In this document: positions 39,256-41,212 of the stretch, piece by piece | Numbering within the stretch: position 1 is the stretch's first letter | How the letters are laid out: the number at the start of each line of letters is the position of its first letter | Assembly (NCBI GenBank): GCA_015486955.1 | Contig: WFQR01000110.1 | Coordinates: forward strand, 1-41,212 | DNA length: 41,212 nucleotides | Direction: 5' to 3' | Origin: Hippea sp. | Lineage (GTDB): Bacteria > Campylobacterota_A > Desulfurellia > Desulfurellales > Hippeaceae | Position numbers and translations under genes: made by a program | Notes under the pieces: model-generated | Database searches by the model: none | What the model was told of the DNA's origin: nothing | The model's input: only the letters and a program-made list of their open reading frames with translations

Positions 39256-40063
39256 AAACGCTGGCTTTTGCTATGGCGTTATGCGGGCGATTGACATAGC
39301 TAATAGGGCTTTGGAAAAACATAAGACACTGTATTCGTTTGGGCCGATAATACACAACCCGCAGGTTGTAGAAGAATATGAAAAGAAGGGTTTAAGGGTT
39401 GTTGAGAGTATTGATGAAGTTGATGGACCTGTATTAATTCGATCACACGGTGTTGCACCTGAGATTTATGAGAAACTAAGAGAAAAGGGCGTTGAGATCA
39501 TCGATGCCACATGTCCTTTTGTTAAAGAGGCTCAGAGGTATGCAAAGCAGTTGTGTGACGAAGGGTATAAGGTTGTTATATTTGGTGACAAGGATCATCC
39601 AGAGGTTAAAGCCCATCTTGGATATACAAATTACACTGCCATTGCTATAAATTCAGAGGAAGAGGCAAAAAAGGTTAAAGCCACACGTGTGGGTGTCGTG
39701 TGTCAAACCACGCAATCCGTTGAAAGATTTGGCAGGGTGATTGAGATATTGGCTAAGAAGATCAGGGAGCTGAAAGTCTTTAACACCATTTGCGATGCAA
39801 CGGAGAAGAGACAAAAGGCTGCGAGGGAATTGGCAAAGCGATCGGACCTTATGATTGTTATCGGCGGTAAAAACTCTGCTAATACGAGAAAACTCTATGA
39901 GATTTGTAAAGAAACGGCGAAGAATGCTTACCACATTGAGACGGAAAAGGAGATCGACCCTGAGTGGTTTAAAGGTGTTGAGAGGGTTGGAATAACGGCA
40001 GGGGCATCCACACCATCTTATATAATCGAGAGAATTTACAACTTTATAAAGGAACTGAAATGA
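39236..40063 (+). CDS. ispH: 4-hydroxy-3-methylbut-2-enyl diphosphate reductase
   Basis: AGFCYGV, IIHN, DATCPFV, HPEV, QTT, TICDAT, ITAGASTP. Confidence 0.97.
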   Translation: MIIEIAENAGFCYGVMRAIDIANRALEKHKTLYSFGPIIHNPQVVEEYEKKGLRVVESIDEVDGPVLIRSHGVAPEIYEKLREKGVEIIDATCPFVKEAQRYAKQLCDEGYKVVIFGDKDHPEVKAHLGYTNYTAIAINSEEEAKKVKATRVGVVCQTTQSVERFGRVIEILAKKIRELKVFNTICDATEKRQKAARELAKRSDLMIVIGGKNSANTRKLYEICKETAKNAYHIETEKEIDPEWFKGVERVGITAGASTPSYIIERIYNFIKELK

Positions 40064-40851
40064 AACAGTGGGTAGAGCTTTTGAGGTTTATCGGCAACAG
40101 GGTATATGAGAAGGTCAAGGGTATAGTGGGCTCTGATAGGGCAAAGGAGGTTATGGGTAGAGGCGAGTTTGGAGATAATACCGTTTTTATCGATAAGTTG
40201 GCAGAAGATACGGTTGTTGATCTAATTTGTAAGTCCAGTATGGCATGTTCCATACTCACGGAAGAAAAGGGGTGGGTTGAGGTTAAAGGCAGATACCCAA
40301 TAGTCATTGTTGATCCAATAGATGGAAGCCTAAACGCCAAAAGGGGCATACCTTACTATGCTTTATCCATCGGCTTGGCTTTTGATAACACAACAGATGC
40401 TATTGAATGTGGCTATGTTATAAACCTTGCAAACAGGGATGAGTTTTGGGCAGTAAAGAGAGAGGGTGCGTATTTTAACGGCAAAAGGATTGTTAATGGG
40501 GGTTATAAGAATTTGGGTGTTGTTGCTGTTGAGGGGCTAAAAAAGGAAACAAATCCAGACATGTTAACCAAGATTTTTAGGTCTTTTTACCGGGTTAGGC
40601 AGTCGGGTTCTACGGCTTTGGATTTGTGTTATACGGCTGTTTACGCCTACGATGCATTTTTACACTTAGATAAGGCGCGTGTGGTTGACTATGCGGCGGG
40701 TAAGGTTATAGTTGAAGAGGCGGGTGGTGGTTTGTTTGAGTGGTTAACGGATAAACGATTTAGTGTTGGAATTAACATGGATAAAACTGTTCCATTTATT
40801 GCAGTGCCTTATAGCGAGGTAATTGGCAAGGTAGTGGAAAAGCTAAAATGA
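40060..40851 (+). CDS. Inositol monophosphatase / class IV FBPase family protein
   Basis: TEE.G, VDPIDGSLN, GS.ALDLC, D.AAG motifs. Confidence 0.88.
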   Translation: MKQWVELLRFIGNRVYEKVKGIVGSDRAKEVMGRGEFGDNTVFIDKLAEDTVVDLICKSSMACSILTEEKGWVEVKGRYPIVIVDPIDGSLNAKRGIPYYALSIGLAFDNTTDAIECGYVINLANRDEFWAVKREGAYFNGKRIVNGGYKNLGVVAVEGLKKETNPDMLTKIFRSFYRVRQSGSTALDLCYTAVYAYDAFLHLDKARVVDYAAGKVIVEEAGGGLFEWLTDKRFSVGINMDKTVPFIAVPYSEVIGKVVEKLK

Positions 40852-41212
40852 AAAGGCTGAGTTTATCTGTAATCTTTGTGTTGGTATTTATAAATGTCAG
40901 TTTCGCTAAACTGAACGTTAGTACGTCCATATTCCTGCTTTCAACAATAGTAAAGCAGATAGGAGGGGATAGGGTCAATGTGAGCTATGTCATACCATCG
41001 AGCGCCAATCCACACCTGTTTTCGCCAAGACCCAGAGATTTGATCAATTTTAAGAACGCCGATCTGTTTATAGGTGTGGGTTATGGCTTTGAGTTTTGGT
41101 TTAAGCGTATTAGCTATTTGAGGAACGGGAAGACAAATATTTTCTTGAGCGATTGGTATAAAAACCCAATCGAAGTGACTAAAGTTGGTAATGTGGAACT
41201 CGCCAATCCACA
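40848..41212 (+). CDS. Metal (Zn/Mn) ABC transporter substrate-binding protein, ZnuA/TroA family, partial; not in the ORF track
   Basis: My translation: MKRLSLSVIFVLVFINVSFAKLNVSTSI..IVKQIGGDRVNVSYVIPSSANPHLFSPRPRD...NADLFIGVG.GFE.W...NPH, open to the window edge; ATGA overlap with the previous stop. Confidence 0.9.
   Translation, partial: MKRLSLSVIFVLVFINVSFAKLNVSTSIFLLSTIVKQIGGDRVNVSYVIPSSANPHLFSPRPRDLINFKNADLFIGVGYGFEFWFKRISYLRNGKTNIFLSDWYKNPIEVTKVGNVELANP

Overview
Gene-dense, AT-rich bacterial chromosome segment made up almost entirely of core genes. Protein style and gene content suggest a thermophilic anaerobe of the Desulfurellaceae (Hippea-like, Campylobacterota); this is inference, not a database result. 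Layout: (i) a minus-strand block: M24 peptidase, J-domain protein, NifX-like protein, hpf, ptsN, rapZ, pyrB, then a partial lipoprotein missed by the ORF track; (ii) a ~16.4 kb, 20-gene plus-strand run from radA to aroA (kdsA, lptF/G, ppsR, purMN, gatB, pyrC, accD, kdsDC, lptC and others); (iii) a convergent minus-strand pair, Cache-GGDEF cyclase and SDR; (iv) mltB, then a B12-dependent methylmalonyl-CoA mutase cluster (mutase, meaB, lipoprotein, epimerase) followed by a CoA-disulfide-reductase-like flavoprotein and thrC; (v) a tRNA operon (Lys, Glu, Val, Asp) with an HU gene in the middle and a CinA-like gene behind it; (vi) thiC-birA-GGDEF-hisC-tyrA-cmk-ispH-IMPase-znuA(partial). I see no mobile element, CRISPR array, prophage or defence island, and no clearly new multi-gene system. 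The best leads are the tRNA-punctuated HU/CinA transcript, the mutase/lipoprotein/CoA-disulfide-reductase coupling, an in-frame TGA in the likely N-terminus of the Cache-GGDEF gene, a FlaG-like orphan, and broken-up conserved operons.
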